Assembly (NCBI GenBank): GCA_002840245.1
Contig: PHAA01000015.1
Location: 28,808-92,807, forward strand
Length of the DNA: 64,000 nucleotides
Source of the DNA: Firmicutes bacterium HGW-Firmicutes-15
GTDB lineage: Bacteria; Bacillota; Syntrophomonadia; Syntrophomonadales; Syntrophomonadaceae
Reading direction: 5' to 3'
The translations under genes were made by a program, and so were the position numbers. Under the pieces are notes generated by a model, which searched no databases, was not told the DNA's origin, and was given only the letters and a program-made list of their open reading frames with translations. Positions 1 to 9,958 of this stretch are shown here, one piece after another (the stretch's first letter is position 1; each line of letters starts with the position of its first letter).

Positions 1-468
1 TGCAGAACCACACTATACCATGAGGCGGGGCTTATTATATTTTTGCTGTATCTTACGGGGCTTGCGTCTCAAGCCATAGTACCTCATCCGAAGAGTATTG
101 GTTTTTTCGCTGGATGGGTCAATCTGGTACCATTTCAGATTTTGGTTGATGCATGGAGAGAGGCTGCCGTGAATCACGATTTTGAGCCGCTTATTATCAG
201 CCTTGCGGGTAACATTGGGATATTTATTCCTATGGGCTTTTTCATTCCGTTACTCTGGCGCCGGACCTGGAAACAGACAGTTCTGACTACGTTTCTGGCG
301 TCGCTGACGATTGAGTTGTGCCAGCTTTTTCAGGCTAGGTGCAGCGACATTGATGATCTATGGATGAATACGCTCGGTGGTTTGATCGGCTGGGGCGTTT
401 ATTTGCTCTTACATAGGCCTAAACCAGAGATAACAGAGAGGTTCAAAATTAGAGGGAATAGATTATGA
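1..468 (+). CDS. VanZ-like family membrane protein (probably 5'-partial; the frame is open to the window edge)
   Basis: Several hydrophobic helices and the VanZ-like stretch GNIGIFIPMGFFIPLLWRR...DIDDLWMNTLGGLIGW. No in-frame stop lies upstream of the TTG at 43. Confidence 0.6.
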   Translation, partial: CRTTLYHEAGLIIFLLYLTGLASQAIVPHPKSIGFFAGWVNLVPFQILVDAWREAAVNHDFEPLIISLAGNIGIFIPMGFFIPLLWRRTWKQTVLTTFLASLTIELCQLFQARCSDIDDLWMNTLGGLIGWGVYLLLHRPKPEITERFKIRGNRL

Positions 469-683
469 CCTTACTTCAATGGTACAGCTAACGGGGGGGC
501 CAAACATGTGCGAAGGGCCAAAATAACTACTTTGAAGCAGCGAGTTCATGTTTGCTGACAATATGGTTACGCCTCGCCTCCACCACATATATAGCGAGTT
601 ATTAGCTTAGAATAAGACCTGAAAAAGGGTCTCTTTTGTATTTAGTCGATCGGAGAGGTTAAGCAGTGAAGTAGTATGGGCCA

Positions 684-1217
684 CTAATTAGCCACATCTA
701 AATCAATAGAATGCAATAAACCCCAATCCTCCAAGTCATTGTAAGCTTGTTGAATTTCAATGATTTCAAATTTAGTGCCTTTAAGATTTTTAACTGCTTG
801 AACAATTTCTTCCTTATCATAATTGTTATAAAGATGTTTTTGAATATTATCTACATAGTGAGTAGTAGCATATAACTCTAGTTTAGACGGTGACATATCT
901 CCGAATAATTCAATGAGCTTCGATAACAAGTCAATATTATCTGAAATCATAGAATGATATTGAGAGCGGATTGATTCTGCTTGTGATCCGGGATAGTATA
1001 CATACGACCCGGTACAATTAATAATATCAGCTTTTTCGGCATCCAATATTTCTTGTGCGACTGTCTCACTGTACGGTCCAAAGTAATGCATTTTATAGGA
1101 ATTATCAAATGGGATTCCCAGAACCTTGCTAAAGTAAACTAGCTTCTGAATTGCCTTTTTACCACGGATTGAACCCATAACATCTGTCCAGAATGCAACA
1201 AACGCTTTAACCTCCAC
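684..1217 (-). CDS. YwgA-like small protein, partner of the HD phosphohydrolase
   Basis: N-terminal GKKAIQKLVYFSKVLGIPF...YKMHYFGPYSETV resembles B. subtilis YwgA as I recall it (KLQK..Y....FHFYGPYSEEL). It lies 20 nt downstream of the HD ORF on the same strand and is AT-rich. Confidence 0.55.
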   Translation of the reverse strand: MEVKAFVAFWTDVMGSIRGKKAIQKLVYFSKVLGIPFDNSYKMHYFGPYSETVAQEILDAEKADIINCTGSYVYYPGSQAESIRSQYHSMISDNIDLLSKLIELFGDMSPSKLELYATTHYVDNIQKHLYNNYDKEEIVQAVKNLKGTKFEIIEIQQAYNDLEDWGLLHSIDLDVAN

Positions 1218-1237
1218 ATAAATTCCCCCTATAGACT

Positions 1238-2314
1238 TTACTTTCTATATTTATCAAGAACTTCCTTCTTAATTCTATCATTCTCATCCAAATTTTTTCG
1301 CTGTTGTTCATTTACAAGAGCAAGTTCTCGAATTTTTCTTTCACGTTCTTCAATTTCATTTTGGGTTTTGGCCTTTTCCAATTTTTCATTTGCAATGTTT
1401 TCAGCAACTTCAACTTCTTTTTCACATATATATTTTTTCATATCTGGGACTAGATTATTATAAGCATAAATTCTAAACAAGTTAATCTTTAAATCTGACA
1501 TATTGCGTATTGGTAGTGAATAATGCTGGATGGGGTATATGTCATTAGTATGTTTATCCTTAACCGGAATAGCAGGCAATTTACGTTTTGGCGCATTTTC
1601 ATCGCTTCCAGATTCGGAATCGATTTCAGATTTAAATTCTATTAATGATTTAACTGAAGATGTATCGGCCTGGTCGATGTAGCATTTATGAGAGGCAATT
1701 TGCTCCCTGTAATCATTTTCAAATGTTTCGATTAGTCTGGCAACAACTAAAAGATCATCATCCTTTTCGTGATGTGGTAGAGAAATGTAAACTTCTTGCA
1801 TATGATTTCGTTCATATAAATGTTTTGCCCACTCATTTGTAATATGAGAGTTTCTGATTTTATCTAATATGATAATATCGGTTATTTTAAGATATTCATC
1901 CAAGTCAGTAGGATAAGGACTATAAATGGTTTTTAAGAAATGGCTTAAATAGTAGTCGTAGATTCTCCGTGTCTTATGGAAATATACCTGAAGGAACATC
2001 CAATAACGGGCAAAGATAAATTCTTCCGCAGCGTGTACGCCATTGGAATCAATGCCCAATTGCCACTCATCATATTCCGTAGGGCAAATACAGATTACAT
2101 CCAGCATTCTTTCTAGATCATAATTACCATATTTAACTCCGCAGTAATGTGAATCTCTCAAAAGGTAATCCATTTTATCTACGTCTAATTGACCGTCTAA
2201 AAGATCACATAAAAAAGTCTGTTTTGCATCATACGGGGTTCCCAGAAGTAAACTTAATACGTCTGCCGTCCTGTATAATACGCAAAATACACTAATAATT
2301 AACAGTATACTCAT
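1238..2314 (-). CDS. SAMHD1/YwfO-like HD-superfamily phosphohydrolase, N-terminally truncated, with a C-terminal coiled coil
   Basis: It carries the family motif LDGQLDVDKMDYLLRDSHYCGVKYG about 40 aa from the start, whereas this motif normally lies over 120 aa in. There is no HD dipeptide anywhere in the ORF. A GGTGG RBS precedes the ATG. The C-terminal 60 aa are rich in E, K and R and look like a coiled coil. Confidence 0.6.
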   Translation of the reverse strand: MSILLIISVFCVLYRTADVLSLLLGTPYDAKQTFLCDLLDGQLDVDKMDYLLRDSHYCGVKYGNYDLERMLDVICICPTEYDEWQLGIDSNGVHAAEEFIFARYWMFLQVYFHKTRRIYDYYLSHFLKTIYSPYPTDLDEYLKITDIIILDKIRNSHITNEWAKHLYERNHMQEVYISLPHHEKDDDLLVVARLIETFENDYREQIASHKCYIDQADTSSVKSLIEFKSEIDSESGSDENAPKRKLPAIPVKDKHTNDIYPIQHYSLPIRNMSDLKINLFRIYAYNNLVPDMKKYICEKEVEVAENIANEKLEKAKTQNEIEERERKIRELALVNEQQRKNLDENDRIKKEVLDKYRK

Positions 2315-2466
2315 TTAATACCACCCAGTAAATAAATACCTTCTTGAGGTGTTTATTTACACAATTAAGATATCTCTTCTTTATACGGTAAACTCCTCGA
2401 TTTAAAGGTAAAATAAAAAATAAGTAGAATTATTGATATTGCATGTTAGCAGTAAGGAGAGCAGTA

Positions 2467-3945
2467 ATGATTATTGGTGAAATAAGAAATAAAGTTGATA
2501 AGATTTGGACAGACATATGGGCAGGAGGAATAACTAACCCTTTAACAGTTATAGAACAGCTTACATATATGATGTTTATTAAGACCCTGGACGACAAGGA
2601 ACTAGCCAATGAGAGCTTTGAAGCGGTTAGCGGAACCTCAATGCCTAAGCTCTTTGATGAGAACACCCAGGAATTACGCTGGAGCAAATTTAAGGACAAA
2701 CACCCCAAAGAGATATATGAGATAGTGGGAAACAGGGTATTTCCCTTTATAAAGAAGCTTAATGGCAATACAAATTCAGCATTTGCCCGTTATATGGATG
2801 ACGCCATGTTCTTAATCCCCACCCCGCAGTTATTGCAAAAGATAGTTACCGGGCTGGATGATCTATATGAACACGACATCAAAGACCTGGATATGAAGGG
2901 CGACTTATTCGAATATATGCTCGGCAAGATTTCCACAGCTGGGCAAAACGGGCAGTTTAGGACGCCCAAACACATCAGGGATATGATGGTAGCACTAGTA
3001 GCTCCATATCCAAAGGACAGAATATGCGACCCGGCCTGCGGTACAGCTGGTTTTCTGGTTTCAGCCGCAGAGTATGTAAGAGCTCACCACGAAAGCACCA
3101 TGAAAGACAAAGACTGGAAGCGATTCAGCAGTTCAATGATTACCGGCTACGACATGGACCGGACCATGCTGAGGATTTCTGCTATGAATCTTATGCTTCA
3201 TTCTATCGATAACCCTAATATTACTTACAAAGACAGCGTTTCCAAAGAGAATAAAGACATCGCGGAGTTTGATGTTATACTAGCTAATCCCCCGTTTACA
3301 GGGAATGTTGATCAGGAAAGCATTGCCGATAATCTTAAAACGATATGTGATACCAAAAAGACCGAGCTTCTGTTTGTGGCATTATTCCTGCGTATGCTTA
3401 AAAAAGGCGGGCGCTGTTCCTGTATTGTACCGGACGGTGTTTTGTTTGGAAGCTCCAAGGCCCATAAGTCCTTGAGAAATGAACTGGTGGAAAAGCATAA
3501 TCTGCAAGCGGTTATATCTATGCCCAGCGGCGTATTCAAACCGTATGCAGGAGTATCGACAGCGGTGCTGGTATTTACCAAGACTGGAGCCGGGGGAACC
3601 GATAAGGTCTGGTTTTATGATATGAAATCTGATGGTTTTTCCCTGGATGATAAACGCAACGATCTGGGACATAATGGTGATATTGATGATATTATAAGAC
3701 GCTATCACAATCTTAAATGTGAAGCCAACAGAAAACGCACAGATCAAAGCTTTTTGGTAAGCAAAGAGGAGATTGCCGGGAATAACTACGATCTTTCCAT
3801 AAACCGATATAAAGAAGTGGAACACGAGAAGGTTTGCTATGATGCTCCAGGTGTAATTATTGATAGGATAGATAAACTTCAGGTGGAGATAAGCAGGGTG
3901 ACGAGTGATCTCAGGGGGTTAATAACTAATGTTGAAAATGGTTAG
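2467..3945 (+). CDS. hsdM: Type I restriction-modification system, N6-adenine DNA methyltransferase subunit M
   Basis: SAM motif DPACGTAGFL and catalytic motif NPPF (ILANPPFTG). The N-terminal HsdM_N-like region reads IWAGGITNPLTVIEQLTYMMFIK. An AGGAGA RBS sits 7 nt before the ATG at 2467; the ORF-track start is 2443. Confidence 0.93.
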   Translation: MIIGEIRNKVDKIWTDIWAGGITNPLTVIEQLTYMMFIKTLDDKELANESFEAVSGTSMPKLFDENTQELRWSKFKDKHPKEIYEIVGNRVFPFIKKLNGNTNSAFARYMDDAMFLIPTPQLLQKIVTGLDDLYEHDIKDLDMKGDLFEYMLGKISTAGQNGQFRTPKHIRDMMVALVAPYPKDRICDPACGTAGFLVSAAEYVRAHHESTMKDKDWKRFSSSMITGYDMDRTMLRISAMNLMLHSIDNPNITYKDSVSKENKDIAEFDVILANPPFTGNVDQESIADNLKTICDTKKTELLFVALFLRMLKKGGRCSCIVPDGVLFGSSKAHKSLRNELVEKHNLQAVISMPSGVFKPYAGVSTAVLVFTKTGAGGTDKVWFYDMKSDGFSLDDKRNDLGHNGDIDDIIRRYHNLKCEANRKRTDQSFLVSKEEIAGNNYDLSINRYKEVEHEKVCYDAPGVIIDRIDKLQVEISRVTSDLRGLITNVENG

Positions 3946-5071
3946 ATTTGGCGATGCTTTTATGATGCGAAAGGGTATAAAAGCTGAAGAAACAGAGCGA
4001 ACATCGACGTCAATACGATATATACAAATAGATGACTTGCGTAACGATAACCATATTAAATATTGTGGCAATAATCCCAGATATGTAAAGGCTACTGAAA
4101 GAGATATTGTAATAGCATGGGATGGTGCTAATGCAGGAACCAGTAATTTTGGGTTAGTAGGGGCAATTGGAAGTACTTTGGCTGTACTAAAAACTGAAGT
4201 CAAGGAAATTTATACTCCGTATGTTGGATTGCTTATAAAGTCAAAATTTAGGTTTTTAAGAGGAAATTGCACGGGTGCAACAATTCCGCATCTAAACAGA
4301 GCAGTAGTAGAAGAAATACAAATACCTATCCATCCAATGGAAGTTCAGCAGCAGATTGCCCAAACCTTAGAAAAAGCAAGTCAATTAATATCCTTACGAA
4401 AAAAGCAACTAGAAGAACTAGATAATCTTATGAAATCTATCTTTTGCAATATGTTTGGTGACCTAGTTACTAACGAAAAGGGATGGGAATCCCATCTTCT
4501 TGGTGATATTAGTGAGATTGTATCGGGAATTACAAAAGGAAGGAAACTCAGTACAACCAATACAATTAGCATGCCTTATATGAGAGTTGCAAATGTTAAG
4601 GATGGATATTTAGATTTAGGCGTTATTAAATACATAGATATTAGTGAACGTGAGTTAAAACAATTTGCATTAGAAATAGGGGATGTATTATTAACTGAGG
4701 GTGGAGATCCAGATAAATTAGGACGTGGGGCTGTTTGGAAGGGCCAAATTGAAAAATGTATTCATCAAAATCACATTTTTAGAGTAAGGATTAAGAACGC
4801 AAATATTAATTCAGTATATCTATCGATGATAATCGGTTCAAATTATGGAAAGAAATATTTTTTTAGAGCAGCCAAACAAACAACAGGCATTGCATCAATT
4901 AACATGACTCAGTTAAAAAAATTCCCAGTATTAATTCCTCCTTTTGACCTCCAAACCCAATTTGCAGCAATTGTGGAAAAAATAGAGGAACAAAAGTTGC
5001 TTGTGCAGAAAGCTATGGATGAAAGCCAGCATCTGTTTGACGGCTTGATGGATAAATTCTTTGGGGAGTAA
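3929..5071 (+). CDS. hsdS: Type I R-M specificity subunit S (two target-recognition domains)
   Basis: It overlaps the hsdM stop by 17 nt. It has two half-repeats separated by the conserved helix ...LISLRKKQLEELDNLMKSIF... and ends ...QKLLVQKAMDESQHLFDGLMDKFF. It is AT-rich, as is usual for hsdS. Confidence 0.85.
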   Translation: MLKMVRFGDAFMMRKGIKAEETERTSTSIRYIQIDDLRNDNHIKYCGNNPRYVKATERDIVIAWDGANAGTSNFGLVGAIGSTLAVLKTEVKEIYTPYVGLLIKSKFRFLRGNCTGATIPHLNRAVVEEIQIPIHPMEVQQQIAQTLEKASQLISLRKKQLEELDNLMKSIFCNMFGDLVTNEKGWESHLLGDISEIVSGITKGRKLSTTNTISMPYMRVANVKDGYLDLGVIKYIDISERELKQFALEIGDVLLTEGGDPDKLGRGAVWKGQIEKCIHQNHIFRVRIKNANINSVYLSMIIGSNYGKKYFFRAAKQTTGIASINMTQLKKFPVLIPPFDLQTQFAAIVEKIEEQKLLVQKAMDESQHLFDGLMDKFFGE

Positions 5072-5094
5072 TTGATATAAGGAGAATTATTAAA

Positions 5095-8000
5095 ATGCCC
5101 TCCAATTTCGATTTCTTGCAGCAGATTGAACAATACCAGTTATTTGCCAGGGCTTGTAGCGATGCTGAAAAGGCCTTGACCGCTTCGCCTGAACTCTGCG
5201 CCATTGCATCCCGCAAAGCTATGGAACTGGCCGTAAAATGGGTGTACAGTGCCGATGGTATACCTATGCCCTATAAAACCACTTTGCAAGCCCTGATCCA
5301 TGAGCCTTCCTTTCGCTTTGCCCTGGACAATCTTACATGGTCAAAGCTGCCCTATATCATAAAGCTGGGAAATCTGGCAGTACATACGGAAAAGAAAACA
5401 GATAGAGGAAATGCCCTGCTTTCCTTGCAGGCTCTGTTCGATTTTATCATGTGGATCGATTATTCGTATGGTGATGATTATATAGAACGTGCCTTTGATG
5501 AGAGCTTGCTGGCTGCGCTGGCTCCTCCTGATCATGATGTCCTCAAGCAAAAGGATGAAGAAATTCAGCGGTTACTGGCTAAAATAGCTAAACTCAAAGA
5601 TGAATTTGCCCAGAAAAAAGAACATAACCGGGAAACCCGTCAATATACTCCTACAGATATTTCAGAATTCATGACCCGCAAAAAATATATAGATGTAGAC
5701 ATCAAGCTTATGGGCTGGACCTTTGGTGATGACTGTATTGAGGAAGTACCGGTTATAGGTATGCCCAACGATAATGAAAGCGGTGCTGCCGACTATGTCC
5801 TCTATGGGAAAAACAGTCTGCCATTAGCGGTGGTAGAAGCGAAGAGGACTTCGATTGATCCCAAAATAGGTATGCATCAGGCTAAATTATATGCTGACTG
5901 CTTGGAGAAAGAAAAAGGGCAGAGACCGATTATTTTTACAACTAACGGCTTTGATACTTTTATTTGGGATGATACTAATTCCCCGGAGAGGAAGGTCAGC
6001 GGGGTCTTCTCCAAGGAGGATTTGCTGAGACTGGTAAACCGGCGTGATGAAAAAAAGCCGCTCAGTTTATTGGAAATAGATGATAGGATTACCGATCGCT
6101 ATTACCAGAAGGAAGCAGTAAGAGCGGTATGTGAGCATTTCGAGGGCGGGTACCGTAAAACCCTTCTAGTTATGGCGACGGGCACCGGAAAAACCAGAAC
6201 CGCAGCCTCCATTACAGATATATTGTCCCGAGGCGGATGGGTCACTAATATTCTATTTTTAGCTGATAGGACACCTTTGGTTGGCCAGGCAAAAGACCAT
6301 TTTCAAAAATATCTGCCCGATTTCTCGCTATGCAATCTGGTATTAAATAAAGAGGAAAAAGAGGCCAGAATCGTATTTTCAACCTACCCAACTATCCTGA
6401 ATGCCATTGACGAGTTTAAGACGGAGGATGGCAATAAGCTCTTTACTCCGGCGCATTTCGATTTAATAATTGTGGATGAAGCGCACCGGAGCATATTCAA
6501 AAAGTACAGGGCTATATTTGAATACTTTGATGCTTTCCTGGTAGGTCTTACAGCTACTCCTAAACTAGATGTTGATCACAATACATATGACTTTTTTGAG
6601 ATACAAAGCGGTGTGCCGACCTATGCCTATGATCTGGAAACAGCAGTTCATAAGGATAAGGTATTGGTGGATTACCATAACATTGAAGTCTTTCTCAAAT
6701 TCTTGGAACAGGGAATAACCTATGACGAGCTGTCTGAGGAAGACAAGCAAAGATACGAAGAAGATTTTGCTGAAGATGACGGGGAAATTCCTGATCATAT
6801 CAGTTCAGCAGCTTTAAATGACTTTATATTTAACCAGCATACAGTAGATATCGTCCTGCAAAATCTGATGGAAAAGGGCATAAAAGTGGCCGGAGGAGAC
6901 ATAATCGGCAAAACCATTGTCTTTGCCCAGAAACACGACCATGCCATGTATATTATAGAACGGTTTAACGCTTTGTATCCCCAGTATAAAGGTAAATTGG
7001 CCCAGGTAATTGATAACAGAATAAAATATGCTCATGACCTGATCAATACTTTCAAAGTGGCCGACAAGGAACCGCAGGTTGCAATATCAGTGGATATGCT
7101 GGATACGGGTATAGATGTACCAGAGATAGTAAACCTGGTATTTTTTAAACGGATACGTTCCAAAACCAAGTTCTGGCAGATGATAGGCAGGGGCACACGG
7201 TTGTGTGAGGATTTATTTGGACCGGATCAGGACAAAGAGCACTTTTACATTTTTGACTATTTAGGCAATTTCGAATTTTTTCGTGCAAACGCCAAAGGTA
7301 TTGAGGGTAATGAAACCAAAACCTTAACCGAAAATATCTTTGCCAAACGAGTACGGCTTATATATAACCTGCAAGGGGTCGTTTTTACTGATGAAGATTA
7401 TCAAGCTTTAAGAAGTGAACTGGTGGATATCGTATATAGTCAGATTATTGTTTTTAATACCGAACTCGTAGCAGTAAGGCTGCGTCGTGAGTTTGTGGAG
7501 AAATATAAGATTAAGGATAGTTTTGTAGCCTTGTCTGAGGGTGATGTGGGTAAATTAGTAAGAAATCTGGCTCTGCTGGTGTTTATGGACGAAGCCGATG
7601 AGTATGCCAAGCGTTTTGACAACCTGATATATTCAATAATGCTTGAAACTATAGAACCCAGCAGGATGTATAAGAAGTATCAGGGGAATGTATTGGCCAT
7701 TATGAAAGCCTTATCCACCAAAATGACTATTCCCCAGGTTAAAGCCAGGGCCCAATTAATAAGCGATATTCAGACCGAGGAATTTTGGCTGGATATAGAT
7801 ATATTAACTCTGGAAAAGATGAGAAAAGAGCTCAGGGATTTGGTTCAGTTTATTGTAGAAACCGGAAACAAATATATAGTCAAAACTGCGCTTACAGATG
7901 AAGTGCTCATGGTCAAAGAAGGTGAAAAGCTGGATAGTTTCTATAATTTTGAAGACTACCGGCTCAAGGTTAACCGTTACATAGAGGAAAACAGAGACAG

Positions 8001-8412
8001 TCTGGTGATTCGCAAACTACGGACCAACCAGCCTTTAACTCAACTTGATTATAAACACCTGGAGAAAATATTAATCGGTGATTTAGGAACCCAGGAGGAT
8101 TATAAGCGCGAATTTGGCGATACCCCGTTTGGCCTTTTGGTAAGAAAGATAGCCAAGCTTGATCGGGAGGCGGCCAATAAGGTATTTTCCAAGTATATCA
8201 ATGAAGAGCAATTGACCCAGAATCAGATGGTCTTCGTGAGGAAGATCATTGACTACATAGTGGAAAATGGATACATGGACAGCCCCGCACAGTTGATGCA
8301 AACACCTTTTGATAAACCGATGAAAATCACCCAGCTATTTGATACTGAAACGATGACGAAGATCCTGGCTGCTGTCAAGGAAATAAGGGAGAATGCAGTA
8401 AAAGTTGTTTAG
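5095..8412 (+). CDS. hsdR: Type I restriction endonuclease subunit R (N-terminal DUF4145-like domain, SF2 helicase core, EcoEI-R-like C-terminus)
   Basis: Walker A MATGTGKT, DEAH box VDEAHRS and motif VI QMIGRGTR. An AAGGAG RBS precedes the start. Gene order is M-S-R. Confidence 0.93.
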   Translation: MPSNFDFLQQIEQYQLFARACSDAEKALTASPELCAIASRKAMELAVKWVYSADGIPMPYKTTLQALIHEPSFRFALDNLTWSKLPYIIKLGNLAVHTEKKTDRGNALLSLQALFDFIMWIDYSYGDDYIERAFDESLLAALAPPDHDVLKQKDEEIQRLLAKIAKLKDEFAQKKEHNRETRQYTPTDISEFMTRKKYIDVDIKLMGWTFGDDCIEEVPVIGMPNDNESGAADYVLYGKNSLPLAVVEAKRTSIDPKIGMHQAKLYADCLEKEKGQRPIIFTTNGFDTFIWDDTNSPERKVSGVFSKEDLLRLVNRRDEKKPLSLLEIDDRITDRYYQKEAVRAVCEHFEGGYRKTLLVMATGTGKTRTAASITDILSRGGWVTNILFLADRTPLVGQAKDHFQKYLPDFSLCNLVLNKEEKEARIVFSTYPTILNAIDEFKTEDGNKLFTPAHFDLIIVDEAHRSIFKKYRAIFEYFDAFLVGLTATPKLDVDHNTYDFFEIQSGVPTYAYDLETAVHKDKVLVDYHNIEVFLKFLEQGITYDELSEEDKQRYEEDFAEDDGEIPDHISSAALNDFIFNQHTVDIVLQNLMEKGIKVAGGDIIGKTIVFAQKHDHAMYIIERFNALYPQYKGKLAQVIDNRIKYAHDLINTFKVADKEPQVAISVDMLDTGIDVPEIVNLVFFKRIRSKTKFWQMIGRGTRLCEDLFGPDQDKEHFYIFDYLGNFEFFRANAKGIEGNETKTLTENIFAKRVRLIYNLQGVVFTDEDYQALRSELVDIVYSQIIVFNTELVAVRLRREFVEKYKIKDSFVALSEGDVGKLVRNLALLVFMDEADEYAKRFDNLIYSIMLETIEPSRMYKKYQGNVLAIMKALSTKMTIPQVKARAQLISDIQTEEFWLDIDILTLEKMRKELRDLVQFIVETGNKYIVKTALTDEVLMVKEGEKLDSFYNFEDYRLKVNRYIEENRDSLVIRKLRTNQPLTQLDYKHLEKILIGDLGTQEDYKREFGDTPFGLLVRKIAKLDREAANKVFSKYINEEQLTQNQMVFVRKIIDYIVENGYMDSPAQLMQTPFDKPMKITQLFDTETMTKILAAVKEIRENAVKVV

Positions 8413-8486
8413 TACTTTTCAAGAAAGAATGTACTTCCATATCCGTTCCTAAAATATTTCGATGAAGTCACCCCTTATACCAGCAT

Positions 8487-8512
8487 GAACCCTTCCCGGA
8501 TGGGAAGGGTTC
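8487..8512. terminator. 11-bp-stem hairpin between convergent hsdR and the NlpC/P60 gene
   Basis: gaacccttccc-ggat-gggaagggttc. There is no clear U-tract on either strand. Confidence 0.5.
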
Positions 8513-8552
8513 AATGTAAGGAGACGCAAATGTCATTGTGATTTACAAAGCA

Positions 8553-9278
8553 TTAGAAACCGGCTGGAAGGTTTTTGGGCATTATAATGGGCTTGCTCGG
8601 TTTTATCTGATATTTTGCTGGAATAACTGGTCCCTTGTCTGTAATTTTACCGCCGGCTACATATGCGCTAGCTGGCAATACCCGCCGAACATCATGGAAT
8701 TGTGTTCCATACCAATTCTTAAAACCACTCACTATGCCTATCGCAGTTGGGTACCCGGTAGTAGTACCGATAAAGCAGGGCTTGCCGTTAACATTCCCTA
8801 TGTACATCGCTACATGACTAATATAAGAAGTACGTTGGAAGGTTAATATATCTCCAGGTTTTAACTTGTCCGCTCCTATCAGAGTACCGTTCTTTACAGA
8901 TACTCCAGCAACTTTAACCCCAACCTGACCATAGTTTCTCGCAGCCGAGGTAATTGAATAGCCGAAATCTTTGTAAACCAATGATACAAAGTTTGAACAA
9001 TCAATATATCCAGTAGTGGGATATTTCGAATGTCCATAGACCATATAACCATATTCCATATACCAAATGGCACGTCCAGCAATAGTCTGGGCAAGGCTGC
9101 CGTTGAAGCTAGTGCGTAAGGAATCTGCAATGGGTTTCCCAGTATTGTTATAAAGACTGGTACTGCTGGAACTTGCAGCCATCGCTGCGGGAGACCAGAT
9201 TATTCCCATTCCTAAAACCAAGCTTAGGGATAAAACAAATGCTATTATTCTATTTTTTACTTTCGTGCTAATTTTCAT
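8553..9278 (-). CDS. Secreted NlpC/P60 (C40) peptidoglycan hydrolase
   Basis: Signal peptide ending AMAAS. Catalytic Cys context YIDCSNFVSLVY and His context ISHVAMYIG. A GGAGGT RBS precedes the ATG at 9278. Confidence 0.85.
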   Translation of the reverse strand: MKISTKVKNRIIAFVLSLSLVLGMGIIWSPAAMAASSSSTSLYNNTGKPIADSLRTSFNGSLAQTIAGRAIWYMEYGYMVYGHSKYPTTGYIDCSNFVSLVYKDFGYSITSAARNYGQVGVKVAGVSVKNGTLIGADKLKPGDILTFQRTSYISHVAMYIGNVNGKPCFIGTTTGYPTAIGIVSGFKNWYGTQFHDVRRVLPASAYVAGGKITDKGPVIPAKYQIKPSKPIIMPKNLPAGF

Positions 9279-9496
9279 ATTTACCTCCATAAAATTCTAT
9301 TCGCGCCTCCTTATGCCTATAATTCGACCCGTATAGAATACTACCTTTTGGTAAATATGGACATTAGCATCATATTTAGTTTTTGAAAGGGGCTAATGGG
9401 CGGCGTATCCTATGTTTGCAGCTATAGGGAAATGGATGGTGGAAAATGATGGGCAAAGCTCTAGATTAACTAATTGTATTGAATAAACATACAAAA

Positions 9497-9955
9497 TTAC
9501 GAAAGGTTTTCATTGGCTGGAAGTAATTTGATTAGGAGGGCTCCAAACTGTTTTTCCAGCCAGTCTCGAATTTCGTCTCGAACTCTAATAAAAGAGGCTT
9601 GTATCTCCTCTTCACTGCCTTCACTCAACGCACTGGTAAAACTATGGTGGATGATATTGTGTCCAGGGAAATAAGGGCAGGATTCTCTAGCTTTATCGCA
9701 CACAGTTACTACATAGTCAAACACAGTATCTTTGAATTCATCGATACTCTTGGACCGGTGGCTGGACATATCAACCCCTAGCTGTTCCATTACTTTTATC
9801 GCATAGGGATTGACCTGAGATGGAATCACCCCAGCGCTGTATGATTCGTAACGATCTGGGTAAAGCATCCGTAAGAGAGCCTCAGCTAGTTGGGAGCGTC
9901 CCGAGTTATGATGACAGATAAAAAGAACCTTTTCTGTAGAAGTGATTTCATTCAT
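9497..9955 (-). CDS. arsC: Arsenate reductase, thioredoxin-coupled LMW-PTP family
   Basis: CX5R(S) P-loop FICHHNSGRSQ, plus the C-x6-C pair VVTVCDKARESCPYFPG that matches the S. aureus pI258 ArsC Cys82/Cys89 spacing. Confidence 0.7.
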   Translation of the reverse strand: MNEITSTEKVLFICHHNSGRSQLAEALLRMLYPDRYESYSAGVIPSQVNPYAIKVMEQLGVDMSSHRSKSIDEFKDTVFDYVVTVCDKARESCPYFPGHNIIHHSFTSALSEGSEEEIQASFIRVRDEIRDWLEKQFGALLIKLLPANENLS

Positions 9956-9958
9956 ATA

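Noticed and set aside
613-645. Short hairpin agacc-N8-ggtct followed by a T-run, and a similar one near 45395-45425, considered as terminators
   Set aside because: The stems are only about 5 bp with large loops or mismatches. That is too weak to call with confidence.
2430-2768. 112-aa minus-strand ORF overlapping the start of hsdM, considered as a possible missing N-terminus of the HD protein
   Set aside because: The translation is S/L-rich with no H...HD or other HD-family motif, and it overlaps a strongly supported hsdM. I treat it as spurious.
470-8552. Search for att-like direct repeats, an integrase or a transposase delimiting the HD/YwgA plus hsdMSR islet
   Set aside because: I found only trivial matches (ccttac, ttcaatg) at the two borders and no recombinase gene. 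There is no support for calling a discrete mobile element.
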